From Spirochaetia bacterium (lineage in GTDB: Bacteria > Spirochaetota > Spirochaetia > SZUA-6 > Bin103), in the NCBI GenBank assembly GCA_965199955.1, contig CBDATQ010000002.1, positions 192,001-256,000 on the forward strand: 64,000 nucleotides of DNA. The letters run 5' to 3'. Under the pieces are notes generated by a model. The model was not told where the DNA came from. It searched no databases and worked only from the letters and a program-made list of their open reading frames with translations. Position numbers and translations under genes: made by a program. Shown piece after piece: positions 21,245-30,844 of the stretch (its first letter is position 1; each line of letters starts with the position of its first letter).

Positions 21245-24130
21245 ATGGCTGACCGGGATCAGGAGAAACACTACAAGCCGGCGGGTTTGAACCGGTGGTT
21301 CGCGATCAGCTCCATTCTGCTGCTGGCCGCGGTCGTCAGCGTCTTCCTGGAGGACTACAACCGCGAGTGGAAGCGCTACCAGCGCGAGTTCCGGGACATC
21401 GACCGGCAAATCACGCGCGGCGCCTGGGAGACGGAGCGGGCGCGGCTGGAGGGCGAGTCGCAGTACCAGCAGGCGCTCGTCGCGGTGGACGGCGCCCAGG
21501 CTCGGCAGGACGAGCTGCAGGGCGACATACGCGCCGCCGAGCGCGAGGTGCGCCGGGCCGACACCGAGTTCCAGGGGATCAACCAGCGCTACCTCACCGA
21601 CAAGGCCCGCTACGAAGAGGCGCTGTACAAGTTCGAGCAGGCGCAGGCGGGTGTGGGCGGCAACGTCGACCGCGAGCGCGCTCGCAAGGAGCGGCTGCTC
21701 GTGCAGTACGAAGAGTCGGGCGTCGAGCACGAGGCGGCGACGCTGAAGCTGGAGGGCGTGCAGACGCAGCTCGCTTCCTACCGGGAGGATCTGCGTCAGG
21801 CCGAGCGCGCCGTCACCGGCCTGCAGCGCAACGCGGACGTCCTGCTCGGCAAGCTGGAGCGCATCGACCCGCAGGCGATGGACTTCTGGAACCGGCTGGG
21901 CGCCGGGGTCCGCGACCTGCCGATCATCGACCTGGCGCAGCCGTCGCTGAAGATCGAGCAGGTCGTGCTGAGCGACATCAGGGAGGATCTCAACTTCGAG
22001 ATGGTGCCGCGCGTGGACCGCTGCGTGACCTGCCACCAGGGCGTGTCGCGGGCGGACCTCGCGGAGGCTCCCAACCCCCACCGCACCCACCCGCGTCTCG
22101 ACCTGTTCCTGGCCAGCGACTCTCCGCATCCGCTCGAGGAGTTCGGCTGCACGAGCTGTCACGGCGGGCGCGGGCGCGCCACCGACTTCTACGGCAGCGT
22201 GCATACCCCGGACGGCAAGGCGCAGCAGGTCGCGTGGCAGTCCGACCTGGGCTGGCGGGAGTTCCACCTATGGGAGGAGCCCATGCACCCCGCGCGCTAC
22301 GCGGAGGCAGGTTGCTTCCAGTGCCATGCGGGTCAGACCACGGTGAAGGGCGCGGAGAAGCTCAGCTTCGGCCTGTCCCTGATCGAGCGCGCCGGCTGCT
22401 ACGGCTGCCACGAGATCGACTCCTATGAGGGACTCAGCCCGCGCGGCCCGTCGCTGGCGCGCGTCAAGGACAAGCTGACCGAGGACTGGGCGTTCCGTTG
22501 GATCCAGGATCCCAAGGCGTTCCGCGCCAACGCGTGGATGCCGGCCTTCTTCGGCCAGCCCAACAACAGCACCCCTGAGCTGACCGCGCGCACCGAACAG
22601 GAAATCCACGCGATGGTCAGCTACCTGTGGGACCACGCAGACGGCTACGAGATGGAGCCGCTGCCGGCCGGCGGCGACGCGGCGCGCGGCGAGGAGCTGG
22701 TCGCGTCGGTCGGCTGCATGGCCTGCCACCAGCTCCCCGACAGCCAGGAGCCGGCCGCGGATCAAGACGCGCTGCGGCGCCAGTTCGGACCCAACTTCGC
22801 CGGCATCGGCTCCAAGACCACGCCGCGGTGGATCTACAACTGGCTGCGCAATCCCGAGAGCTACCATGCCGGGACGCGCATGCCCAACATGCGCTTGACC
22901 GAGCAGGAGGCGGCCGACGTCACCGCCTACCTGGTCACGTTCCGCAACGACGCGTACGGGCCGCCCCCCGACGTGAACGAGGAGCTGGTCGGCGAGATCG
23001 TGGTCGGCTTCCTGGGCAAGACCGCGCCGCCGAGCGTGGCCCGCGATCAGGCGGCTGCCATGGACATCGGCGAGAAGCTCAACTACGCCGGCGAGCGGCT
23101 GATCCGCCAGTACGGCTGCTTCGGCTGCCACGAGATCCCCGGGTTCGAGGCGGCCAAGCCGATCGGCACCGAGCTGACGGCGATCGGCCACAAGCCGCTG
23201 CACCAGTTCGACTTCGGCTTCCTGCACATCGAGCACACGCGCTACGGATGGTGGACGCAGAAGATGAAGGACCCGCGCTCCTTCGACGAGCACAAGGAGC
23301 TGGAGCCGGACCTGTTGCTGCGCATGCCGAACTTCGGCTTCACCGACCAGCAGGTGGAGGCGGTGGTCACCGCGCTGGCCGGCTTCGTGGAGCCGGACGA
23401 GGACCTGACCAAGATCGTGCCGCGCACGCCGGAGAGGCTGGCGATCGAGCGCGGCCAGCAGCTCGTGCGGACCAACAACTGCCAGGGCTGCCACATCATC
23501 GAGGGCGAAGGCGGCTCCGTCGCGCCCACCATCACTGACTGGCTGGTGCGCTTCCGCGGCCAGGGGGCCGCGGCGGCGGAGGCGGCCACCGTCGGCTTCG
23601 CGCCGCCCAACCTGATCGGCGAGGGCGCCAAGGTGCAGACCGACTGGCTGTTCGCGTTCCTGCACGAGCCGTCGGAGATCCGCCCGTGGCTGGCGGCACG
23701 CATGCCCACCTTCGGCTTCAGCGCGAGCGAGATCAACGACCTGGCGCGCTACTTCAGCGCCCTCGACGGCGAGGAGTTCCCGTTCGTGGAGCGGGTCGAG
23801 CCGGCGCTCACCGCGGAGGAGCTTCAGGCGGCGGAGAAGCTGTGGTCCACCGACTACTTCAACTGCACCACCTGCCACATCCAGGGAGGCGAGACGCCGC
23901 CGGGCACGCCCGACCGCTGGGCGCCCGACTTCGCGCTGGCCGCGGAACGGCTCAAGCCGCAGTGGATCATCGACTGGATCGCCGATCCTCAGACGCTGCT
24001 GCCCGGCACCCGGATGCCGACCTTCTATCCGCAGGCCACGCCTCGCGACATCCTGGGCGGCGACGCCGACCACCAGATCCGGGTGCTGCGCGACTACATC
24101 CTGACCATCGGCCTGGCTGCCGCGGATTAA
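21245..24130 (+). CDS. Membrane-anchored octaheme cytochrome c
   Basis: Eight CxxCH motifs: CVTCH, CTSCH, CFQCH, CYGCH, CMACH, CFGCH, CQGCH, CTTCH; N-terminal TM helix and long coiled-coil-like region. Confidence 0.93.
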   Translation: MADRDQEKHYKPAGLNRWFAISSILLLAAVVSVFLEDYNREWKRYQREFRDIDRQITRGAWETERARLEGESQYQQALVAVDGAQARQDELQGDIRAAEREVRRADTEFQGINQRYLTDKARYEEALYKFEQAQAGVGGNVDRERARKERLLVQYEESGVEHEAATLKLEGVQTQLASYREDLRQAERAVTGLQRNADVLLGKLERIDPQAMDFWNRLGAGVRDLPIIDLAQPSLKIEQVVLSDIREDLNFEMVPRVDRCVTCHQGVSRADLAEAPNPHRTHPRLDLFLASDSPHPLEEFGCTSCHGGRGRATDFYGSVHTPDGKAQQVAWQSDLGWREFHLWEEPMHPARYAEAGCFQCHAGQTTVKGAEKLSFGLSLIERAGCYGCHEIDSYEGLSPRGPSLARVKDKLTEDWAFRWIQDPKAFRANAWMPAFFGQPNNSTPELTARTEQEIHAMVSYLWDHADGYEMEPLPAGGDAARGEELVASVGCMACHQLPDSQEPAADQDALRRQFGPNFAGIGSKTTPRWIYNWLRNPESYHAGTRMPNMRLTEQEAADVTAYLVTFRNDAYGPPPDVNEELVGEIVVGFLGKTAPPSVARDQAAAMDIGEKLNYAGERLIRQYGCFGCHEIPGFEAAKPIGTELTAIGHKPLHQFDFGFLHIEHTRYGWWTQKMKDPRSFDEHKELEPDLLLRMPNFGFTDQQVEAVVTALAGFVEPDEDLTKIVPRTPERLAIERGQQLVRTNNCQGCHIIEGEGGSVAPTITDWLVRFRGQGAAAAEAATVGFAPPNLIGEGAKVQTDWLFAFLHEPSEIRPWLAARMPTFGFSASEINDLARYFSALDGEEFPFVERVEPALTAEELQAAEKLWSTDYFNCTTCHIQGGETPPGTPDRWAPDFALAAERLKPQWIIDWIADPQTLLPGTRMPTFYPQATPRDILGGDADHQIRVLRDYILTIGLAAAD

Positions 24131-24245
24131 CGCCCCAAGACCGTCGCCTGCGGCTCCGCTCTTGGCCCATCCCACCGTTCCCTACGACGCCGTCGGGCTT
24201 GCCGCTGACGCGGCCAGCCCGCCAGCCTCATAGGGCAGGCGGCGC

Positions 24246-25049
24246 ATGCTGCTTCGCCTGTCCGCGTCCGTCTTCCTGTCGTTCGGCGGCCTGTACCCGC
24301 TGTGGCTGTGGGTCAACCGGCGCGACGGGATCGACCACGGCTTCACGCGCTTCAACCTGGGCATGGCCGCGGTCGTGCTGGGCCTGGGCGTGCTGCTGAT
24401 CACCCTGGTCCCGGGGCAGGGCACCGCGGGCGGCGGCATGGCGCGGCCGTGGCTGGCGCTGATCTGGCTGGGCGTCGCCATGGCCGCGACCGCCTACGCG
24501 TGGCAGCGCCGGCCCTGGGCGATCGCGGCGTGCGCGGTGCCGCCGGCGGTCGGCGTCTTCGTGCTGGTCGACGGCCTTGCCGGCACGCCGGCCGCGGCCT
24601 CCGGGGGCCTGGCGGCCGCGGCCGCGACCACGCTGATCGGCGGGCTGGCGCTTGCGGGGTCGATGTACACGATGGTTCTCGGCCACCATTACCTGAACGC
24701 CGAGAAGATGCCGACCCGCTTCCTAGGCAAGGCGATCGCCGTGTACGCAGCCGTCCTGTCGGTCCGCCTGGTCTGGGACGCGGTGGTGATTGCCGCGGGC
24801 AGCGTCACCGTCGGCGGGTTCGAGCGCCCGGTGCTGGAGTTCGCGCTGAGCCTGGACGGCATGTTCGTCTGGATCGCGCTGTTCTTCGGGACGGTGGTGC
24901 CGCTGGTGATCTGCTTCCTGGCAGGGGCGGCGGTACGCGCCAAGTCCACGCAGGCGGCCACCGGACTGCTGTACGTGGCGGTGAGCGCCGCCATCATCGG
25001 CGAGGCGAGCTACCGGTTCGACCTGCTTTCCTACGGCCTGGCGCTGTGA
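24246..25049 (+). CDS. Polytopic membrane protein of unknown function
   Basis: About 8 hydrophobic segments; MVLGHHYL and STQAATGLLYV motifs. Confidence 0.75.
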   Translation: MLLRLSASVFLSFGGLYPLWLWVNRRDGIDHGFTRFNLGMAAVVLGLGVLLITLVPGQGTAGGGMARPWLALIWLGVAMAATAYAWQRRPWAIAACAVPPAVGVFVLVDGLAGTPAAASGGLAAAAATTLIGGLALAGSMYTMVLGHHYLNAEKMPTRFLGKAIAVYAAVLSVRLVWDAVVIAAGSVTVGGFERPVLEFALSLDGMFVWIALFFGTVVPLVICFLAGAAVRAKSTQAATGLLYVAVSAAIIGEASYRFDLLSYGLAL

Positions 25050-25513
25050 GCGGTGAGGAGCGCGCAGGCGAGCTGGCGCTGTCGTGGAGTTGCGCAGCAT
25101 GTGGCCAGGCGAACGCGTCGCGACTGGCCGGCGACGGTGTCGCCTGCGACGCGTGCGGAACGGCCGTGGCGGTGACCGGGCCGCACCGCGAGCTCCGCCA
25201 GTGCGCGGTGTGCTCCTCGACACGGCTGTATCGCCAACGCGACTTCAACCGCTTCCTGGGCATCGCCGTGGTCGTGGTGGGCGCGGTGCTGGTGCCGTTC
25301 ACCTACGGGATCAGCCTGCCGGTGGTGTTCCTGATCGACCTGATCCTGTACCGGCGCGTGCCGGAGATGGCCGTCTGCTACCTCTGCCGCGCCGAGTATC
25401 GCGGCATCGAGGTGCCGAAGCGCATCCTGCCGTTCCGACACCACCTGGCCGCCGGCTACGAGAAGCGGCGCGAGCGGTGGCTGGAGCAGACCGGCCAACG
25501 CTCCGAACGCTGA
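25046..25513 (+). CDS. Membrane protein with four CxxC motifs (zinc-ribbon-like)
   Basis: GTGA overlap with the upstream gene; CAAC, CDAC, CAVC, LYRQRDF, TM hairpin, CYLC. Confidence 0.75.
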   Translation: MSGEERAGELALSWSCAACGQANASRLAGDGVACDACGTAVAVTGPHRELRQCAVCSSTRLYRQRDFNRFLGIAVVVVGAVLVPFTYGISLPVVFLIDLILYRRVPEMAVCYLCRAEYRGIEVPKRILPFRHHLAAGYEKRRERWLEQTGQRSER

Positions 25514-25520
25514 CAGGTTC

Positions 25521-25773
25521 ATGCCCACCTGCCCCAACATCATCCTCGTCTACACCTCCGACCACGGCATCCTGTACGACACCATGGCCGACCCCAACCC
25601 AGCTCGAAAACCGCTACGGCAGCCGCTCCCATGCCGCTCTCCAGCGCCACCTTGAGGACGCCATGCAGCGGCTCCTCGCCGAGCGCGGCGACCGGTTTCT
25701 GCCGGCCGCCCACTACGTCGAGCGGTATGGGTTCACCGTCGATGAGCGCGGAGCCGTCCCCTTCAGCCGGTGA
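25521..25773 (+). pseudogene. Collapsed sulfatase remnant
   Basis: MPTCPNIIL|VYTSDHG|ILYDTMADP, then frameshift to QLENRYG..LLAERGDRF: N-terminal, middle and C-terminal sulfatase motifs within ~84 codons. Confidence 0.7.
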
Positions 25774-25886
25774 AGCGTTGCGTCATCGGAGCGCTGCCTC
25801 AGGTCACTCAAGTTGACAGATCGGCTGCAACCTGCGACCGTTAACGGCGAGCCTGTCACGGCTCCCACTTCCTCCGGAGGACCTAC

Positions 25887-26789
25887 GTGCACGTACGCGA
25901 AGACTCTATTCAGACTGCGGGACCGGCAGGCGCGCGCCGCCGACGGTCACTGCTTCCGACCGCCCTGCTGCCGCTGATGGCGGCGCTGCTGGCCTTGACG
26001 CTGGCCGCCTGCGGCGGCGGCGGCGACGGCGGTTCCGAGACCACGACCGAAGCCGAAAAGCCCAAGGAGCCCGCGACCACGTCCAGCGCCGAGCAGGCGT
26101 CGTCCACGCCGGGCGCGCTGAACGCGACCATCTCCGGCACCATCACCTTCGGCGCCGAGGCAAGGCGCGCGCCGGCCGTCCTGAACATGGAAGCCGACCC
26201 GGTCTGCGCCGAAAAGAACGCCGAGGATCCCAAGACCGAGCAGGCGTTCCTGCTCGACGATGCGACGAAGGGGCTCGCCAACGTCCTGATCCAGGTCAAG
26301 GCCGGGCTCCCGGACATGGAGTTCGACGCTCCCGAGTCGGAGGTGGAGTTCACCCAGTCGGGCTGCATCTACGATCCGCACATCCTGATCGCGCGGGTCG
26401 GCCAGACGGTCAAGATCCTCAATCCCGACGGCACGCTCCACAACGTGCACGTGTTCGGCAAGGTCAACCAGGAGTTCAACCAGGCCATGCCGAAGTTCCA
26501 GACCGAGCTCGAGCAGGTGTTCGACAAGGTGGAGGACGATCCGTTCGCCATCAAGTGCGACGTGCACCCCTGGATGAACGCCTTCGGCGTCGTGCTCGAT
26601 CACCCGTACGCGGCGGTCACCGCCCCGGACGGCACGTTCAGCATCCCGAACTTGCCGGCCGGCACCTACTACGTGGAGGTCTGGCACGAGTTGCTGAACT
26701 GGTCGACCTATGAGGTGACCGTCGAGGAAGGCGGGACCGCGACGCTCGATGTGGCGCTGCAGCCGAGCGGACACGACCGGCTGAAGTAG
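25887..26789 (+). CDS. Lipoprotein with cupredoxin-like domain (type-1 copper motif) and carboxypeptidase-regulatory-like domain
   Basis: Lipobox LTLAAC, flexible linker, LHNVH..KCDVHPWM, AVTAPDGTFSIPNLPAGTY; GGAGG RBS; stop overlaps the coxA start. Confidence 0.8.
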   Translation: MHVREDSIQTAGPAGARRRRSLLPTALLPLMAALLALTLAACGGGGDGGSETTTEAEKPKEPATTSSAEQASSTPGALNATISGTITFGAEARRAPAVLNMEADPVCAEKNAEDPKTEQAFLLDDATKGLANVLIQVKAGLPDMEFDAPESEVEFTQSGCIYDPHILIARVGQTVKILNPDGTLHNVHVFGKVNQEFNQAMPKFQTELEQVFDKVEDDPFAIKCDVHPWMNAFGVVLDHPYAAVTAPDGTFSIPNLPAGTYYVEVWHELLNWSTYEVTVEEGGTATLDVALQPSGHDRLK

Positions 26790-28591
26790 TGGCGCACGCC
26801 GGCACGGCAGACCACGCCGAGCACTCGCACGGCGACCACCCGCCGGAGCCGTTCTGGCGGAAGTACATCTTCTCCACCGATCACAAGACGATCGGCATCC
26901 AGTATGGCCTCACCGCCCTGGTGTTCCTGTTCTTCGGGTTCTGCCTGGTGATGATCATGCGCTACAGCATCGCTTACCCTGGCAGCCCGCTGCCGCTGCT
27001 GGGCGGTCTGCTCAACCTGCCCGAGCCGGGCGCCATCCCGCCGGAGTTCTACAACCAGCTCGGCGCCATGCACGGCACGATCATGGTCTTCCTGGGCGTC
27101 GTGCCGCTGGCGGTCGGCGCCTTCGGCAACTACTTCGTGCCGCTGCAGGTGGGCGCCCCGGACATGGCGTTCCCGAAGCTCAACATGACCAGCTACTGGA
27201 TGTACTTCATCGGCGGCGTGGTCATGCTGATCAGCTTCTTCGTGCCGGGCGGCGCCGCAAAGTCCGGGTGGACGTCCTACGCGCCGCTGTCCGTGATCGA
27301 GACGGTGGGGCAGACGTGGTGGCTGATCGGGATGATCTTCCTGATCACCTCGTCGCTGCTCGGCTCGATCAACATCATCACCACGATCGTGCAGCTCCGC
27401 GCGCCGGGGCTGGCCTACATGCGCATGCCCTTCTTCGTCTGGGCGCAGCTCATCACCTCGTTCCTGCTGCTGCTGGCGTTCCCGCCGCTGGAGGCGGCCG
27501 GCGTGCTGCAGCTCCTGGACCGGGTCGCGGGCACCAGCTTCTTCCTGCCGACCGGACTGGTCGTCTCCGGCGAGCCTCTTGAGGTGTCCGGCGGCGGCAG
27601 CGCGCTGCTGTGGCAGCACCTGTTCTGGTTCCTGGCGCATCCGGAGGTCTACGTCCTGATCCTGCCGGCGTTCGGGGTCATCGCCGAGGTCATCGCCAAC
27701 AACACGCGCAAGCCGCTGTGGGGCTACAAGTCGCTGGTCTACTCGGCGCTGTTCATGGGCTTCATGTCATTCATCGTGTGGGCGCACCACATGTTCCTGA
27801 CCGGCATGGGCACAGTGATCAGCTCTTTCTTCCAGTTGACGACCATGATCATCTCGGTGCCGTCGATCATCATCCTGACGGTGTTCATCCTGTCGCTGTG
27901 GGGCGGCTCGATCCGCTTCACGGCGCCGATGAAGTTCGCGCTGGCCTTCATCCCCATGTTCGGCATCGGCGGCCTGACGGGGCTGCCGCTCGGCCTGGCT
28001 TCCGCCGACATCTACCTGCACGACACCTACTACGTGATCGGCCACTTCCACTACGTCGTGGCTCCGGGGTCGCTGTTCGGACTGTTCGCCGGGATCTACT
28101 ACTGGTACCCCAAGGTGACCGGCCGGCGCATGAGCGAACGGCTGGCGAGCTGGCACTTCTGGCCGTCGCTGATCTTCATGAACGGCGTGTTCTTCCCCAT
28201 GTTCATCCAGGGCATGGCCGGCGTGTCCCGGCGCCTCTGGGACGGCGGCGCCACGTACGCCCACGCGCAGGACGTGCTCTGGCTCAACGAGGTGATGTCG
28301 TTCTCCGCGTGGGGGCTGGGGCTGGCGCAGATCTTCTTCATCGTCAACTTCATCATCAGCCTGCGGAAGCCGAAGGAAGCGGAAGAGAACCCGTGGGAGG
28401 CGACCACCCTGGAGTGGGCAGCGCCCTCACCGCCGCTGCCGCACGTGAACTTCCGCGAGCCGGTGGCCGTTACCCGGCCGCCCTACGACTACAGCCCGGC
28501 AGGTGCCAAGGCCGGGTTCCTGCCGCAGCACAGTCCCGCCGGGGCCGGGCCCGATCCAGCCGGCGCCGCCCCTTCCGGCGCCGGACACTGA
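26789..28591 (+). CDS. coxA: Heme-copper oxidase subunit I, A family
   Basis: STDHKTIG, MHGTIM, PDMAFPKLN, WFLAHPEVY, WAHHMF, GHFHYV, GVSRR. Confidence 0.96.
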   Translation: MAHAGTADHAEHSHGDHPPEPFWRKYIFSTDHKTIGIQYGLTALVFLFFGFCLVMIMRYSIAYPGSPLPLLGGLLNLPEPGAIPPEFYNQLGAMHGTIMVFLGVVPLAVGAFGNYFVPLQVGAPDMAFPKLNMTSYWMYFIGGVVMLISFFVPGGAAKSGWTSYAPLSVIETVGQTWWLIGMIFLITSSLLGSINIITTIVQLRAPGLAYMRMPFFVWAQLITSFLLLLAFPPLEAAGVLQLLDRVAGTSFFLPTGLVVSGEPLEVSGGGSALLWQHLFWFLAHPEVYVLILPAFGVIAEVIANNTRKPLWGYKSLVYSALFMGFMSFIVWAHHMFLTGMGTVISSFFQLTTMIISVPSIIILTVFILSLWGGSIRFTAPMKFALAFIPMFGIGGLTGLPLGLASADIYLHDTYYVIGHFHYVVAPGSLFGLFAGIYYWYPKVTGRRMSERLASWHFWPSLIFMNGVFFPMFIQGMAGVSRRLWDGGATYAHAQDVLWLNEVMSFSAWGLGLAQIFFIVNFIISLRKPKEAEENPWEATTLEWAAPSPPLPHVNFREPVAVTRPPYDYSPAGAKAGFLPQHSPAGAGPDPAGAAPSGAGH

Positions 28592-28601
28592 GCCAGCTCC
28601 C

Positions 28602-29195
<594 letters not shown>

Positions 29196-29229
29196 CGATG
29201 GATGCCCTGTTCCAGGACGTAGCGAGGAG

Positions 29230-29550
29230 GTGAAGGTGGCCGATCAACGCGTCGACAAGCACGTCCGCCAGTACTTGGCGGTGTTCGTGGCCCTGATGGT
29301 GCTGACGATCGTCACGGTACTCGCCAGTCGCATCGATATCGGTGTTGCCGGCGGCATCATCCTTGCTCTGATTATCGCCAGCGTGAAGGGCACGCTGGTA
29401 GCCGGCGTGTTCATGCACCTGTTCAGCGAAAAGCGCAAGATCGTCTACACGGTGCTGATCTACACCGGCATCTTCCTGCTGGTACTGTTTCTGCTCACCG
29501 CCCTGAGCTACGGGGACACGCTCGACCTCGGAGACCCGGACTCAAGGTAG
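29230..29550 (+). CDS. coxD: Heme-copper oxidase subunit IV-like
   Basis: YLAVFVALMVLT..IASVKGTLVAGVFMHL. Confidence 0.85.
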   Translation: MKVADQRVDKHVRQYLAVFVALMVLTIVTVLASRIDIGVAGGIILALIIASVKGTLVAGVFMHLFSEKRKIVYTVLIYTGIFLLVLFLLTALSYGDTLDLGDPDSR

Positions 29551-29555
29551 GCGGC

Positions 29556-29759
29556 ATGTCTCTCAAGGTGTTCCACGTCGTCTTCGTCTCCATCGCCGGG
29601 CTGTTCCTGGCACTGTTCTCTGGCTGGGCGTTCCTGTTCGCTCCCGGACTCGACCGCGGCCCCGCCATCGCGCTGGGCGTTTCGGCGGCGGCCGGACTGG
29701 TGGCGCTGGTCCTCACCGAGCGGCGTGTGCTGGCAAGCCTTCCGCGGAGGCCGCGATGA
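29556..29759 (+). CDS. Small two-TM membrane protein in the oxidase operon
   Basis: MSLKVFHVVFVSI; tight spacing with neighbours. Confidence 0.65.
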   Translation: MSLKVFHVVFVSIAGLFLALFSGWAFLFAPGLDRGPAIALGVSAAAGLVALVLTERRVLASLPRRPR

Positions 29760-30031
29760 TGCGCCGCCACGCCGCGCGGCTGCACCCGGCGCTGGTGGCC
29801 GCGCTGCTGCTGCTGGCGCCGCGGCTGGCCGGAGCCTGTGCGGTCTGCTTCGGCGACCCGGACTCACCGGCGTCCAGGGGGCTGACCGTCGCGGTGCTGT
29901 TCCTGGTGGGGGTCATCGTCGCGGTGCTGGCCGGGGTGGCGCTGTTCGCGTTCTCCATGCTGCGGCGCAACGAGCGGCAGCATGAGCACGGCGCGCACGG
30001 CGCCGCGCTGACTGGGGGAACCGATGGTTGA
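29756..30031 (+). CDS. Small membrane protein: signal-like helix, CxxC, then TM helix
   Basis: AGACAVCFGDPDSP; overlaps both neighbours. Confidence 0.65.
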   Translation: MMRRHAARLHPALVAALLLLAPRLAGACAVCFGDPDSPASRGLTVAVLFLVGVIVAVLAGVALFAFSMLRRNERQHEHGAHGAALTGGTDG

Positions 30032-30803
30032 ATTCGCGCAGGCGCTCGGCCTGCCGCTCGACATCTCCGAGCACGGGTACCGGATCGACGCGATCATCGG
30101 CTGGGTCCACCTGGTCATGTTCGTGCTGTTCGTCGGCTGGGGTGCGTTCTTCATCTACGCCATGATCCGCTTCCGGCGGCGGAGGAACCCCGTTGCCGAC
30201 CCGCAGGGCGTCCGCACGCACGCGACCAGCTACCTGGAAGCCGTGATCGTGGTGATCGAACTCGTGCTGCTGTTCGCACTGTCGATCCCGTTCTGGGCCG
30301 GCTTCGTGGCCAAGGTGCCGGAGCCCTCGGAGGCGATGCGGATACGCGTCGTCGCGCAGCAGTTCCAGTGGAACATCCACTACGCCGGCCCCGACGGCGT
30401 GTTCGGTCGCACCGACCCCGCGCTGGTCCGCCCGCAGGAGAACAATCACATCGGTCTGGACCGCGAAGACCTGTTCGGGAAGGACGACGTGATGACCAAC
30501 AATCAGCTCAACGTCCCGATCGACCAGCAGATCGTGATCGAGCTGTCCAGCCTGGACGTCGTGCACAGCTTCTTCGTGCCGGTACTGCGGGTGAAGCAGG
30601 ATGCGGTCCCGGGACTGGTGATCCCCCTGACCTTCACGGCCACGGCCACGGGCAAGTACGAGATCGCGTGCGCGCAGCTCTGCGGCATCGGCCACGCGCA
30701 GATGCGCGGCTTCATCACCCTGATGGAGCCGGCGGAGTTCGACGCGTGGCTGGCCGAGCGCTCCGAGGAAGCGCAGGAGAGCGGGGCGGGCGGCTTCTTC
30801 TGA
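30024..30803 (+). CDS. coxB: Heme-copper oxidase subunit II (CuA; no fused cytochrome c)
   Basis: Two TM helices, AQQFQW, DVVHSF..KQDAVPG, CAQLCGIGHAQM. Confidence 0.95.
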   Translation: MVEFAQALGLPLDISEHGYRIDAIIGWVHLVMFVLFVGWGAFFIYAMIRFRRRRNPVADPQGVRTHATSYLEAVIVVIELVLLFALSIPFWAGFVAKVPEPSEAMRIRVVAQQFQWNIHYAGPDGVFGRTDPALVRPQENNHIGLDREDLFGKDDVMTNNQLNVPIDQQIVIELSSLDVVHSFFVPVLRVKQDAVPGLVIPLTFTATATGKYEIACAQLCGIGHAQMRGFITLMEPAEFDAWLAERSEEAQESGAGGFF

Positions 30804-30844
30804 TCGCGGCCGCTGGCGGGCGGCCCGTCAGGACGGCAGTGTTG

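Noticed and set aside
21245..24130. Octaheme protein as HAO, octaheme nitrite reductase or an alternative complex III subunit
   Set aside because: Hemes are spread over tandem class-I-like units with no CxxCK; the context is Rieske/cyt b, with no ActB/ActC-like genes recognised
19250..24175. Very long antisense ORFs (1005 aa and 635 aa), and similar ones at 7008-8996, 9766-11418 and 54916-56757
   Set aside because: Shadow frames of high-GC genes with no motifs; the opposite strand carries clear proteins
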